Notes under the pieces: generated by a model | Database searches by the model: none | Told to the model about the DNA's origin: nothing | What the model saw: only the letters and a program-made list of their open reading frames with translations | Translations under genes and position numbers: made by a program | In this document: positions 48,033 through 57,605 of the stretch, in pieces | How positions within the stretch are numbered: position 1 is the stretch's first letter | Layout of the letters: every line of letters starts with the position of its first letter | Source: Pseudothermotoga sp. | GTDB lineage: Bacteria; Thermotogota; Thermotogae; Thermotogales; DSM-5069 | Length of the DNA: 64,000 nucleotides | Strand: one strand, 5' to 3' | Assembly (NCBI GenBank): GCA_031962025.1 | Contig: JAVRKW010000003.1

Positions 48033-48917
48033 ATGAAGTACGCAGTGCTTCTGTTTTTAATGATATCATGCTCGATCTTAGCCCAAAAAGTCGTATTTAC
48101 TCCGCTCAACTCTTCTGCTCTCATTGCGGATATCATCGATGGTGCACAATTAACTGTCTCGGTTTGCAGCTTTTCCATAGACGAACCAAAGATAGTCCTT
48201 GCCCTTGAAAATGCCGTTAAAAGAGGTGTGAAGGTAAGGATAATCTGTGAGACACCGTTCACAGACAGTTATATACCTGTGAGAATAGATGCTGAGAGCT
48301 CTTTGTTTCACATGAAGCTGATAGTGGTTGATGAAAAAACATTGATCATTGGCTCGGCGAATTTCACCACTCACAGCCTGTTTAACTCATTCAACGACAT
48401 CCTTGTTGTTGAAGATTCAGCCATTGGAGCCATTTTCGAGAGATTTTTCGATGATCTGTGGGAAGGTTACGAAAGAAATATCGAAGTGATGATTGGAAAA
48501 ATTCTCATGAAAAACTTTCAAATAGAACAAACCGTGCTTGAACAATTGGGTAAAACGAATAAAACGCTGGATGTGGCTATGTACGCACTGACTCACCCCC
48601 AGGTATGGGCTGCCATCAAGATACTTTCAAGTAGAGGTGTGCGTGTGAGAATCTTACTGGACGAGTGGTTTTTCAAGAACTCAAATCTGTCGAAGTTGCC
48701 ATTCAGCGGTGTTGAACTGAAGGTGGTACGCGGCTTTACATTGCACAGCAAGTTGTTTATAATCGATGGGCGAACGGTTTTGACCGGTTCTGCGAACGCA
48801 ACAAAGAGTGGATACACCAGTAACTCAGAGATGTTGATAGTAGTGCGCGATAGACAGTTGTGCAAAGAGTACGTGCAGTATTTTGAACGCATCTGGATGG
48901 AGGGAGAAAAACCTTGA
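48033..48917 (+). CDS. Exported phospholipase D-superfamily protein (two HKD motifs; nuclease or lipase)
   Basis: HMKLIVVD...GSANFT and HSKLFIID...GSANAT; signal peptide from MKYAVLL. Confidence 0.85.
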   Translation: MKYAVLLFLMISCSILAQKVVFTPLNSSALIADIIDGAQLTVSVCSFSIDEPKIVLALENAVKRGVKVRIICETPFTDSYIPVRIDAESSLFHMKLIVVDEKTLIIGSANFTTHSLFNSFNDILVVEDSAIGAIFERFFDDLWEGYERNIEVMIGKILMKNFQIEQTVLEQLGKTNKTLDVAMYALTHPQVWAAIKILSSRGVRVRILLDEWFFKNSNLSKLPFSGVELKVVRGFTLHSKLFIIDGRTVLTGSANATKSGYTSNSEMLIVVRDRQLCKEYVQYFERIWMEGEKP

Positions 48918-49717
48918 AGATATTCGTTTTTGACCTGGACGGGACGATTTTACAGGACAGCCACGATATTCATCCAAAGAATCTTGAAGCAATTGAAAAA
49001 TTGATGGAAATTGGGAAAGAAATCGTTTTTGCAAGCGGTCGGATGCTGCCGTCGATTGTGAAATTGCTCAAAAGATATTTTTCAGAGCAGTTTCCACTGA
49101 TAGCTTACAACGGTTCAGTTGCGTGGCTGCCAGAGTCTGGCAGGATACTGGATGTAAAAATAGATCCTCTGACAGCCAAAAAGGTCGTAACGGTCCTCAG
49201 AGAAATGAAGATTCACAGACAGGCTTATGTTGATGACAAACTGGTTGTTGAAGAAGAAAACGATCATGCAAAAGCGTACAGCGAACACTCACAGATTGAA
49301 CTCACCGTCGTTCCAGATCTGGCAGAGTTTGTCAGCCAAAAAGGTGCAACGAAATTGCTCGCGATAGATGAGCCACAAAGGCTCGATTCTGTGATAAATC
49401 ATCTAAGACAAATCTTCCCTGAACTTGCGATCTTCAAATCCTTTGCCAATTATCTTGATTTTGTCCCTGCACAGGTTGACAAAGGCAGAGCACTCAAACT
49501 GATAGCAGAGCACAAAAAGTGGGACCTGAAGGATGCCGTTGCCTTTGGAGACAACGACAACGATATTCCACTTTTGAAAGCTGCCGGCTTGAAAGTTGCC
49601 GTTAGAAATGGTACCGATGCATTGAAGGAGGTCGCAGATGTTGTTGTTGAAGAAAATACAAAAGGTGGTCCTGGTATTTTTATTCTTGACATGCTCCAGC
49701 GTGGCATTATCAGTTGA
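48914..49717 (+). CDS. Cof-type HAD-IIB hydrolase
   Basis: DLDGT, ASGR, NG, KG-x-AL, GDNDND. Confidence 0.92.
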   Translation: MKIFVFDLDGTILQDSHDIHPKNLEAIEKLMEIGKEIVFASGRMLPSIVKLLKRYFSEQFPLIAYNGSVAWLPESGRILDVKIDPLTAKKVVTVLREMKIHRQAYVDDKLVVEEENDHAKAYSEHSQIELTVVPDLAEFVSQKGATKLLAIDEPQRLDSVINHLRQIFPELAIFKSFANYLDFVPAQVDKGRALKLIAEHKKWDLKDAVAFGDNDNDIPLLKAAGLKVAVRNGTDALKEVADVVVEENTKGGPGIFILDMLQRGIIS

Positions 49718-50420
49718 GATTTTCTTTGAATTGAAAAATGCGACGGAAGATTCTGTTCTGGTAGTACCGCTTCAAAAATTGGTAAAGGACGTCAGCTTAC
49801 TCTCGCTTGGATGTAATCAAAACCTTGAAATGGCACGGGAAGCTGGTTTTGCAGCCGGTATGGTTGCACGCTCTTATGGCTTTGAATACGTCGTATTTGG
49901 AACGCTCGATACACTTGACGAGTCCGATCAGGAACCACTCAACAGGATCTCTCGTTCCGCATTCATAACAGCTCAGATTCTTACTTACATCGGTGAGGGT
50001 TTGTTCAACAGCGGTGTTGTACCGATCTTGAATGGTTTGAACAGGGTTGATCCTGATGTTGTGAGATCTTTGATAAATAGAAAAGTCATACTCCCTGTTT
50101 TTGTGGAAGACGAATCAAAGATGGAAAAACTCAAGCAACTTGGGTACGAAGCGGTGTGCATCTTCATGGACGGCACAGTAAAAGGAAGACTGCCAAAAAA
50201 CAAACTGGATCTAAAGGTGGATCTGTCGGGAGTTGAGAATATTCGCAGGCGGGTACTCGAAGGTGCTGTGGTGCTGCTGAACAGATCTGAAAAGGTCGTT
50301 AATGTAAATGAGCCATTTGCCAGAACAGGAGTTTTGATTTTTTCAGATGAAGATTGGCTGGTCAAAATTGCAAAAGAAGTTCTTGAATCAAATAGATCTT
50401 CAACTGGCAGAATTCCTTGA
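49638..50420 (+). CDS. Exported hypothetical protein with degenerate GH3 (NagZ-like) N-terminal domain
   Basis: SD aggagg, signal peptide; LG...LE-x-A-x-x-AG...AR-x-x-G...LD...R-x-S...GL-x-x-x-GV pattern; lacks KHFPG. Confidence 0.5.
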   Translation: MLLLKKIQKVVLVFLFLTCSSVALSVEIFFELKNATEDSVLVVPLQKLVKDVSLLSLGCNQNLEMAREAGFAAGMVARSYGFEYVVFGTLDTLDESDQEPLNRISRSAFITAQILTYIGEGLFNSGVVPILNGLNRVDPDVVRSLINRKVILPVFVEDESKMEKLKQLGYEAVCIFMDGTVKGRLPKNKLDLKVDLSGVENIRRRVLEGAVVLLNRSEKVVNVNEPFARTGVLIFSDEDWLVKIAKEVLESNRSSTGRIP

Positions 50421-50879
50421 GATCAAACACACGGCGATGGCTGAGACACCTTCTTTTGATTCAAAACCGAGCTGATTGGAGCTCTTGAATTTGATTGAAA
50501 TACATTCGGCTGGTATTTGCATGGCTTTTGATAGATTGCTGATCATCTGTGCTCTGTAATCTGAAAGCTTTGTAACACCACAGATTATCGTCGCATCTAT
50601 GTTGACGATCTCCCAATTTTTTTCTTTCAACAAATCGACGGTTTTCACAAGCATCTGTAAGCTCGAAGCATTTTTCCATTCATCTGTTTGGGGAAAATGT
50701 GTACCTATATCCTGCAAAGAAGATGCTCCAAGCAAAGAATCGATTATCGCATGACACAGTACATCCGCATCTGAATGTCCATCAAGACCCAGTGGGAAGT
50801 CTATTTCAACTCCACCCAAGATGAACTTTCTATTTTCTTTCAAAGGATGTCTGTCGGTACCCAGTCCGACTCTCATCAT
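50400..50879 (-). CDS. ispF: 2-C-methyl-D-erythritol 2,4-cyclodiphosphate synthase
   Basis: RVGLGTDRH, GHSDADV, DIG-x-HFP, NIDAT. Confidence 0.93.
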   Translation of the reverse strand: MMRVGLGTDRHPLKENRKFILGGVEIDFPLGLDGHSDADVLCHAIIDSLLGASSLQDIGTHFPQTDEWKNASSLQMLVKTVDLLKEKNWEIVNIDATIICGVTKLSDYRAQMISNLSKAMQIPAECISIKFKSSNQLGFESKEGVSAIAVCLISRNSAS

Positions 50880-52231
50880 TCTCTTGTCACCTGCTCTATT
50901 TCGTAAAAAGAAGCGGTTTTTGGTTCGAACATGAGTACTACCGTGCCAATAGGTCCATTCCTCTGCTTGCCTATGATTATCTCGGCTTCGTGTGGTTCGT
51001 GAATGCGATCGCTTTTTTTGTAGTATTCATCTCTGTATATGAAAAGAACAGTATCTGCATCCTGTTCAATTGCACCTGACTCTCTCAGATCACTCAGACG
51101 TGGTCTTTTGTCCTCTCGAGCTTCGACGGCACGGGAAAGCTGAGAAAGCGCCACAACGACTATGTTCAGCTCTCTGGACAAAAGTTTTAGAGATCTTGAG
51201 ATTTCTGAGATTTCTTGCTGCCTGCTCTCAGACCCGCCACCTCTTAAGTGCATCAACTGCAGATAATCAATGAAAATGGCGTCTATGTTGTATTCTCTTT
51301 TCATTCTCCGAGCCTTTGCGCGCAGTGTCCTGGGATCGAGTGAAGGTTCGTCGTCGACGATCAAATTGGCTTTGTAAAGTACTGATGCTCCCACAGTCAA
51401 TCTATCCCATTCTTCGTTGGTGAGAAAACCCGTTCGAAGTTTGTGCAAATCCACCCTTGATTCCGTGCAGAGCAGTCTTTGAGCGAGCTGTTCTTTTGAC
51501 ATCTCCAAGCTGAAAATACCAATGGAGAGATTGAATTTGACTGCCATATTTCGTGCTATTGTCAGAGCAAAGGCAGTTTTACCGACTGAAGGACGAGCCG
51601 CAACGATAACAAGGTCAGATTTGTGGAAACCTGTTGTCTGTCTGTCTAAGGATTTCAATCCAGTTGGCAAGCCACTGACAACGGCTCCAGGTTCCAGAAC
51701 ATTCGCATTTCTTGTTCTGAGGTCTTCGAGATTCTCAAAGACCTGGTGCATGATCGCACCGATATGTTCATAGGTCTTGGTGGTTCTGGATTCTGCTATG
51801 TCAAAGACAACTCTCTCAGCTTCATCGAGTATTTCATCGACTTCTTTTTCACCGTAAGCAGATTCAACGATGTTTCTGCCTGCTTCTATGAGACTGCGCA
51901 GGATAGATTTATCTCTAACTATTTTTGCATAATGCATCACATGAGCTGACGTTGGAACAGCTTCTGCCAGTTTTGCAACGTCCAGATCACTGCCTACGAA
52001 TTTCATCTGCCCATTTTTTTTCAACTCTTCGCACACAGATAGTATGTCAATCGGGTCTCCTCTTTCATAGAGCCTCTCCATTACAGAGAAAATGGCTTGA
52101 TGCTTTTTGGAATAAAAGTCACCATTTCTGAGTATTTCCATGACATCGTTGACAACGCTGGGATCTATCAGAATACTTCCCAGTACAGCTTCTTCTGCTT
52201 CAAGGTTATTCGGCGGGATCATCTGAGCCAC
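50876..52231 (-). CDS. dnaB: Replicative DNA helicase
   Basis: AARPSVGKT, SLEMS, DYLQL, SQLSR, DLRESGAIEQDAD, KQRNGP; no intein. Confidence 0.97.
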   Translation of the reverse strand: MAQMIPPNNLEAEEAVLGSILIDPSVVNDVMEILRNGDFYSKKHQAIFSVMERLYERGDPIDILSVCEELKKNGQMKFVGSDLDVAKLAEAVPTSAHVMHYAKIVRDKSILRSLIEAGRNIVESAYGEKEVDEILDEAERVVFDIAESRTTKTYEHIGAIMHQVFENLEDLRTRNANVLEPGAVVSGLPTGLKSLDRQTTGFHKSDLVIVAARPSVGKTAFALTIARNMAVKFNLSIGIFSLEMSKEQLAQRLLCTESRVDLHKLRTGFLTNEEWDRLTVGASVLYKANLIVDDEPSLDPRTLRAKARRMKREYNIDAIFIDYLQLMHLRGGGSESRQQEISEISRSLKLLSRELNIVVVALSQLSRAVEAREDKRPRLSDLRESGAIEQDADTVLFIYRDEYYKKSDRIHEPHEAEIIIGKQRNGPIGTVVLMFEPKTASFYEIEQVTRE

Positions 52232-52261
52232 AGTCGATCACTCCTAACAGAAAATTTAACA

Positions 52262-52291
52262 CAAAAAACGGAGCCAGAGAAGCTCCGTTTT
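52262..52291 (-). terminator. Terminator immediately after tRNA-Ala
   Basis: Minus strand aaaacggagc-ttctctg-gctccgtttttt. Confidence 0.8.
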
Positions 52292-52366
52292 GGTGGAGCC
52301 GATGGGATTCGAACCCACGGCTTCTACCTTGCGAAGGTAGCGCTCTCCCAGCTGAGCTACGGCCCC
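52291..52366 (-). tRNA. tRNA-Ala (anticodon CGC)
   Basis: GGGGCCGTAGCTCAGCTGGGAGAGCG CTACC-TTCGCAA-GGTAG ... GGTTCGAATCC ... GGCTCCACCA; G3:U70 pair; encoded CCA. Confidence 0.97.
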
Positions 52367-52376
52367 AACACAGAAA

Positions 52377-52405
52377 ATTATAATCTTTCAGGTCGAAACT
52401 TTCAA
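52377..52405 (-). promoter_or_regulatory. tRNA promoter
   Basis: TTGAAA-17-TATAAT on the minus strand, ending 10 nt before the tRNA. Confidence 0.8.
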
Positions 52406-52959
52406 CTTTCTTTCATCAAGCCCCGCAGAATCAGATCCTGTATTGCTTCGGTTGCAGAAGAGCCGCTCATGGCTTGGGCTATCAATTTTGCGGCTACTTT
52501 TGGATCTACATCGGGATGTACGATTTGGTTTTGTTTACCTTCTTCGATCAGTCTTGCCACCTTATCGACAAAGACATCGTAACGTTCTTTCAACCTTGAC
52601 CAGGTTGTTTCCGGATCATCGGTATTGTTGTTGAGAACAGCAGGTCTTTCTCTTTCTATGACTTTTGATAGAACCTTTCTGCTTGTGACAAAATCTATGT
52701 AAGCCTTCAAGAATCGCTTGATTTTTTTCACGTAGTAGTTCTCGTTTTCTATCTCTTTGAAAATGTGTTTTTCGAGCTCTTCGAGTGCGTTGTTCCAGAT
52801 CTCTTCAAAGAGAATTTCCTTGCTTGGGAAATAATAGTATATGAGTGCTTTGCGCACACCAGCACGCTGTGCGATTTCTTCAACACTCACTCCATCAAAA
52901 CCTTTTTCAGAAAAAGCGATTCTTGCAGCTTCAAGAATCTTTTCACGTGTATCTGACAT
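52402..52959 (-). CDS. TetR/AcrR-family regulator
   Basis: REKILEAA...FSEKGFDGVSVEEIAQRAGV-x-x-ALIYYYFPSKE. Confidence 0.93.
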   Translation of the reverse strand: MSDTREKILEAARIAFSEKGFDGVSVEEIAQRAGVRKALIYYYFPSKEILFEEIWNNALEELEKHIFKEIENENYYVKKIKRFLKAYIDFVTSRKVLSKVIERERPAVLNNNTDDPETTWSRLKERYDVFVDKVARLIEEGKQNQIVHPDVDPKVAAKLIAQAMSGSSATEAIQDLILRGLMKES

Positions 52960-53001
52960 TTTTTCACTCCTTGCCAATGCAAGGAAGTGAGGAGAGCCTC
53001 C

Positions 53002-54450
53002 TCACTTCAATTTCTTATCAACGGCAAGAGCTTCTTCTTTATTTGCATAACGTTTCATGCGCACCTCGTAGTTGTATATACCCCTGTTTACGGGATATCT
53101 GTCGACATACCCATGTTCGTACCAGAGTTTATCGGCATAGGTTTTCCATTCTTCAGCCAGTTTGTCGAGTTCCTGAGCCAGATCTTCCACGACTCTTTCT
53201 GAACCTTCATGCTGTGGTATTGCGTTGAAGTGCTTGACCATCGCCCTGTAAACCTTTGGATTGTCGATGATCGGGCATGGTCTGAATAGGTTGTTTGAAT
53301 ACGGTACCATTCTTTTGTAAGATTCGAAGAATGGTGATTTGAGTATCTCCAGAAGGGATTTTTCTCTGATGCTGTCAACTGCAAATTGCTGGAAAACACA
53401 TGGTTCAACATAGCCTTTGGCATTGACGTGGAAGTATTTCGCACCGGCGGCAAGACAGCCATGGGTTAAAAAGCCGTGGTTCCAGAAATCTGCCACAAAT
53501 GCGAATTTTCCACCAAGTCTTACTTCATCTGTCTTGAAGAATCTTTCGTATCTCTGCTGGGCTGTTGGAACAAGATCCATCGATGCGTTGATTCCCACAG
53601 GCATGTATTGAAAGACCCATGCGTAAACAACCTGTTGTTCCTCGAGGAATTTCCAGAATTCATCTTTCATCAGTGTGTCGTGGTTCATTCTGGTTGCGGT
53701 GATCGAAGCACCGAAAGGCACACCGTATTTTCTGAGCCTTTCCCAGGTTTCCATGATGCTCTTAAAGACGCCCCTACCGCGCCTCCAGTCTGTGTCAAGT
53801 TCAAAGCCTTCTACAGAAATTGCAGGCGTTGCATTTCCAAGTTTTGAAAGTTTCTGTGCAACTTCATCGGTAATGAGTGTTCCGTTTGTGTAGATCAAGA
53901 AGTAATTATCATCGAATTCTTCGAGAATATCCATTAAATGTGGCCAGTAGAATGGTTCTCCTCCGGTGATAACCCAGAAATAGATTCCCAGTTCATTGGC
54001 TTCTCTTATTACTTTCTCAACCTCTTCTTTTGTGAGTTCGTATTTTCTTCCATACATGCCGGCATAACAACCAACGCAGTTTAGATTGCAGGCATAGGTT
54101 GGACTTATCACACCGAGCTTTGGCAGGACGACTTTGTGTTCATGCATCTTCTGCTGTCTCAATGGTTCACCAATTGCAAATTCATTGATTATGAGGTTGT
54201 TTACAATCTTCTCCACGCATTTTGGACTTGATCTTCTAAACACATTGACCCAGCTTGTTATCATCGGGTGTTTTTCTTTTGCCATGATAGCCAGCTTTTT
54301 CAAAGCGCTTTTTGAGGGTTCTTTTGTGAATGCACTCAGGGTAGAAAAAAGTCTGTACAATCCTTCTTCATCGGTGTGATGGAGAACTGTCGAGACGAGC
54401 TTTCCCGTCTGCCTATAAATAACACCTTTGATTCCTCCCACTACAGGCAT
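53002..54450 (-). CDS. Radical SAM protein with C-terminal SPASM/twitch-like Cys region
   Basis: CNLNCVGC, TGGEP, TNG, ISVEG; GCLAAG...EPC...RPCP. Confidence 0.9.
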   Translation of the reverse strand: MPVVGGIKGVIYRQTGKLVSTVLHHTDEEGLYRLFSTLSAFTKEPSKSALKKLAIMAKEKHPMITSWVNVFRRSSPKCVEKIVNNLIINEFAIGEPLRQQKMHEHKVVLPKLGVISPTYACNLNCVGCYAGMYGRKYELTKEEVEKVIREANELGIYFWVITGGEPFYWPHLMDILEEFDDNYFLIYTNGTLITDEVAQKLSKLGNATPAISVEGFELDTDWRRGRGVFKSIMETWERLRKYGVPFGASITATRMNHDTLMKDEFWKFLEEQQVVYAWVFQYMPVGINASMDLVPTAQQRYERFFKTDEVRLGGKFAFVADFWNHGFLTHGCLAAGAKYFHVNAKGYVEPCVFQQFAVDSIREKSLLEILKSPFFESYKRMVPYSNNLFRPCPIIDNPKVYRAMVKHFNAIPQHEGSERVVEDLAQELDKLAEEWKTYADKLWYEHGYVDRYPVNRGIYNYEVRMKRYANKEEALAVDKKLK

Positions 54451-54467
54451 AATCATACCTCCTTTAC

Positions 54468-54481
54468 TGACTGGTCGGTCA
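54468..54481. promoter_or_regulatory. Candidate TetR operator
   Basis: TGACTGGTCGGTCA near-palindrome between the minus-strand -10 (CATAAT, 54483-54488) and SD of the radical SAM gene. Confidence 0.65.
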
Positions 54482-54525
54482 AATTATGGAGGATATAGAT
54501 GACTTTAAAATTAAGATTAGGTAAC

Positions 54526-55767
54526 TTAATTATTTCGCAGTGAGTTCAATCTCTTCCAGATGATCTTCGTGGCACGTGTGTCGTCTTCGTTGTAGTCCAA
54601 AACCAGTTTCAGATAAGATTCGTCGTGTGTATTCAGCCATAACTGAAAGTATCTGCTTGCTCTCATGCCATCGAGGTTTGTTCTCCAGTGAAAATCATAC
54701 AGACGTGCCACGCTCTTAAGAGAGTAGCTAAAAAGCGGAAGCGCGACATGTTTGGATAAAATCTGGTAGATATCTGTGAATCTGTTTTTGATCTTTAAAA
54801 ATGAAGATTTTAACCCGTGCCACTTCTCTGAAAGACTGGAAAACCTTGAAGGTTCATAGGCGCAGTAATGATAAATTGGTCCATCGGTTTGTTCAAGAAA
54901 GTCAAGGACATCTGCAAAGATCCTGTACTCCTGCTCTTCGTTTTCACACAAAAATGGTATGTACTTATCATCCACGAGCACACCAAACAGATAGTCAAAA
55001 TCTCTGCTGGTGTGTGATTCAATATCAAGAAAAACACCGCTTGCGAGTTCCTGATACTCGCACAGAATTATTTCTCTTTTTTCGATGAGCGCAGTCGCTT
55101 TCTTTTTCAATTTTTCAAAACTTTCCTCAGGTATGTCCTTTGGTCTTTGATTTTGAACGATGGCTGATAGATTATCTATACCATTTTCGATCAACTTTAT
55201 TCTGGTTTTTTCACTCAACCCATGGATTGCCGATAGATCCTGTTTTTGCACCAGAACATCTGTACAATTTAGAACGTGCGGACAGGTTTTACACTGTGAA
55301 ACGGGTTTAGGGTCCGGCAGGTCCTGTGTTTTCAATTCTGCAAGGTTTTCAATCAGTGCGAACAGGCGTGTCAAGCCATCTCTCCAGTCGATCTGTTTTG
55401 TGAAATATGGCGAATCTATGATCAACTGGGAAATGATATATCCTGCACTTGAAAAGACATAACCATGAAAAGCGGCTTCTATGAGATATTTGTTTTTGAA
55501 AGTTTTGGCGCTTTTTTTGAGTATTATTTTCCATTTATCACCATCCGGAACAACTGCGTATGGATCAGAAACAAGGTTCAACCCGAACAGCTCTGTACTC
55601 AAAACAGGTTTTTCAACTGAAAACCCCAGTTTCATCATATCTCTTGTTTCCTGTTCTGAAAAAGTACTCTGCCTGTTTTTGTTTTCCTCTCTTTCAAGGC
55701 AGTATCTTCTTGGACAAATCAGGAACTGTTCTATGTCGTCAAACCAGATCTCTCTATTCACAATCAT
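54526..55767 (-). CDS. TM0106-family RecB-like protein with C-terminal RNase H-like (YprB/DEDD) domain
   Basis: CPRR, C-x-x-C-x5-C, HhH-like IHGL, FLDIE, YLFG, HY, YSLK, YNEDD. Confidence 0.8.
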   Translation of the reverse strand: MIVNREIWFDDIEQFLICPRRYCLEREENKNRQSTFSEQETRDMMKLGFSVEKPVLSTELFGLNLVSDPYAVVPDGDKWKIILKKSAKTFKNKYLIEAAFHGYVFSSAGYIISQLIIDSPYFTKQIDWRDGLTRLFALIENLAELKTQDLPDPKPVSQCKTCPHVLNCTDVLVQKQDLSAIHGLSEKTRIKLIENGIDNLSAIVQNQRPKDIPEESFEKLKKKATALIEKREIILCEYQELASGVFLDIESHTSRDFDYLFGVLVDDKYIPFLCENEEQEYRIFADVLDFLEQTDGPIYHYCAYEPSRFSSLSEKWHGLKSSFLKIKNRFTDIYQILSKHVALPLFSYSLKSVARLYDFHWRTNLDGMRASRYFQLWLNTHDESYLKLVLDYNEDDTRATKIIWKRLNSLRNN

Positions 55768-57268
55768 TCCACCATTCTTGTGCTACCGATTTGATTTTGC
55801 TTTCAACAAACGAGCGGATTCTCAAAAATTGATCGTTGAAAAAGGTATCGTCAGGTGCGTCTTCTAAAAGTGGTCTAACCTGATCGGCGAGTGCTTCATT
55901 TTGCACGGAACATTTCATTGGTCTGCGGAACTCAAGAGCCTTTACAGCACACATCAACTCAATGGAAACAAGTGAGATGATATTCTCCAGTATTTTTAAA
56001 ACCTTCAGGCAGGCATTCATTCCCATACTCACATGATCTTCCTGATAAGCACTCGTTGGGATGGAATCAACCGATGCAGGGTGTGCCAGGATTTTATTCT
56101 CGTTGCACAGAGCAGCTGCTGTGTACTGCCAGATCATGTAGCCAGAGTTGATGCCGCTCTTCTGTGCCAGAAAAGGTGGTAAACCTTCGTTCACCTTTGG
56201 GTTTAAAAGTCTGTCGATTCTCCTTTCAATGATATTTCCAAGGTCGGTCAGTGCTATTGAAAGAAAATCCGCTGCGAGTGCTAAAGGCTCTCCGTGAAAA
56301 TTACCCTGGGATATGATCTGTCCGTTGAAGACTAATGGGTTGTCTGTTGCAGAATTGATTTCTGTTTGCGTAACACTCTTGACGTAATTTATCGTATCTA
56401 AGACAGCGCCATAAACCTGTGGTATACACCTGATTGAATAAGCATCCTGCACGCGAGAACAATTTCTATGGGATTCTCTTATCTGGCTGCCCTCGAGAAA
56501 GTTTTTCATCAATTTCGCAATTATCTTTTGCCCTTCATGTGGTCTTGCAAGCCATACTATATCTTCGTATGCATCAGACGAGGAAAAAAGCACATCTGCC
56601 GATAGAGAAGCAACCTGAGTTGCAAGATAGATCAGATTCAAAGAATCGTTAAGTGCCACGCACAGATTCGCAGCCATTGCCTGCGTGCCATTCACAAGGC
56701 TCAGACCCTCTTTTTCCGTCAAAAACAACGGTTGTACGTGTTTTTCTTCTAAAACCCGGCTTGATGGAATCTTCATACCATCTTCCAGTACGTAACCTTC
56801 ACCGATGATCACCAAAGCCATGTGAGCAAGCGGGGCAAGATCGCCGCTGGCACCAACAGATCCCTTTGATGGAACAAAAGGAGTAATTCTTTTGTTGAGA
56901 AGTTCGCAGATTTTTTCGACCACAACCGGTCTAACCCCTGAAAAGCCAAGAGCCAAGGAATTTGCTCTTATCAGCATCATCGCTCGGACTATCTCTTCAC
57001 TGAGTGGTTCGCCAACACCGCAGGCATGAGACAATAGAATATTTCGCTGGAGTTTCATCAGATCTTCTTTTGAAATTCTCGTTGTTGCAAGGGCACCAAA
57101 TCCGGTGTTTACACCATAAACGGTCTTCCCGTTTTCAAGAATCTGTTCAACAGTCTGTCTGCTTTTTTGCATCTTTTCGACTGCCGCTGGTGAAAGAGAA
57201 ACCTGTTCGAAGTATCTGGCAACTTTGATGACATCCTGTATAGTTAAAAATTCTCCGATGTTTTTCAT
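55754..57268 (-). CDS. hutH: Histidine ammonia-lyase
   Basis: YGVNTGFG, SHACG, GSVGASGDLAPL (MIO), QDAYSIRC, GNFHG, QEDHVSMG. Confidence 0.93.
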   Translation of the reverse strand: MKNIGEFLTIQDVIKVARYFEQVSLSPAAVEKMQKSRQTVEQILENGKTVYGVNTGFGALATTRISKEDLMKLQRNILLSHACGVGEPLSEEIVRAMMLIRANSLALGFSGVRPVVVEKICELLNKRITPFVPSKGSVGASGDLAPLAHMALVIIGEGYVLEDGMKIPSSRVLEEKHVQPLFLTEKEGLSLVNGTQAMAANLCVALNDSLNLIYLATQVASLSADVLFSSSDAYEDIVWLARPHEGQKIIAKLMKNFLEGSQIRESHRNCSRVQDAYSIRCIPQVYGAVLDTINYVKSVTQTEINSATDNPLVFNGQIISQGNFHGEPLALAADFLSIALTDLGNIIERRIDRLLNPKVNEGLPPFLAQKSGINSGYMIWQYTAAALCNENKILAHPASVDSIPTSAYQEDHVSMGMNACLKVLKILENIISLVSIELMCAVKALEFRRPMKCSVQNEALADQVRPLLEDAPDDTFFNDQFLRIRSFVESKIKSVAQEWWNDCE

Positions 57269-57341
57269 TCAATCACTCCTTTACCACTTATAGTATATCG
57301 AAAAAAACCTGTTCAACTGTGATATACTTTATTTCCAAGGG

Positions 57342-57605
57342 GTGAAAACGTTGGATAAACTCAATGAACTTGAGGTTCTGGTGGATAAGGTTTTGCAGGA
57401 TTATAAAAGATTGAAAGAGGAAAACGAACAGCTCTGGAGCCAGATGAACGAAGCCTTGAGCAAGATTGAAAGACTTGACAAAGAAAAAAGAGAACTCGAA
57501 ACGCTTGTGGAGAGCTACCGCAATTCTTTGAGTTCGCTGGTTGAAAGGCTTCAAAAAATAATAGGAGCTACGGAGAATGTATATGAGGAAAAGTATCACA
57601 ATTAG
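57342..57605 (+). CDS. zapB: ZapB-like coiled-coil protein
   Basis: Continuous heptad pattern, directly upstream of zapA. Confidence 0.6.
   Translation: MKTLDKLNELEVLVDKVLQDYKRLKEENEQLWSQMNEALSKIERLDKEKRELETLVESYRNSLSSLVERLQKIIGATENVYEEKYHN

Noticed and set aside
50876..52231. Intein in DnaB
   Set aside because: The 451-aa length is normal and the motifs are contiguous
52232..52366. tRNA-Ala as an integration (att) site
   Set aside because: Flanked by dnaB and tetR; no duplicated tRNA 3' end or integrase seen
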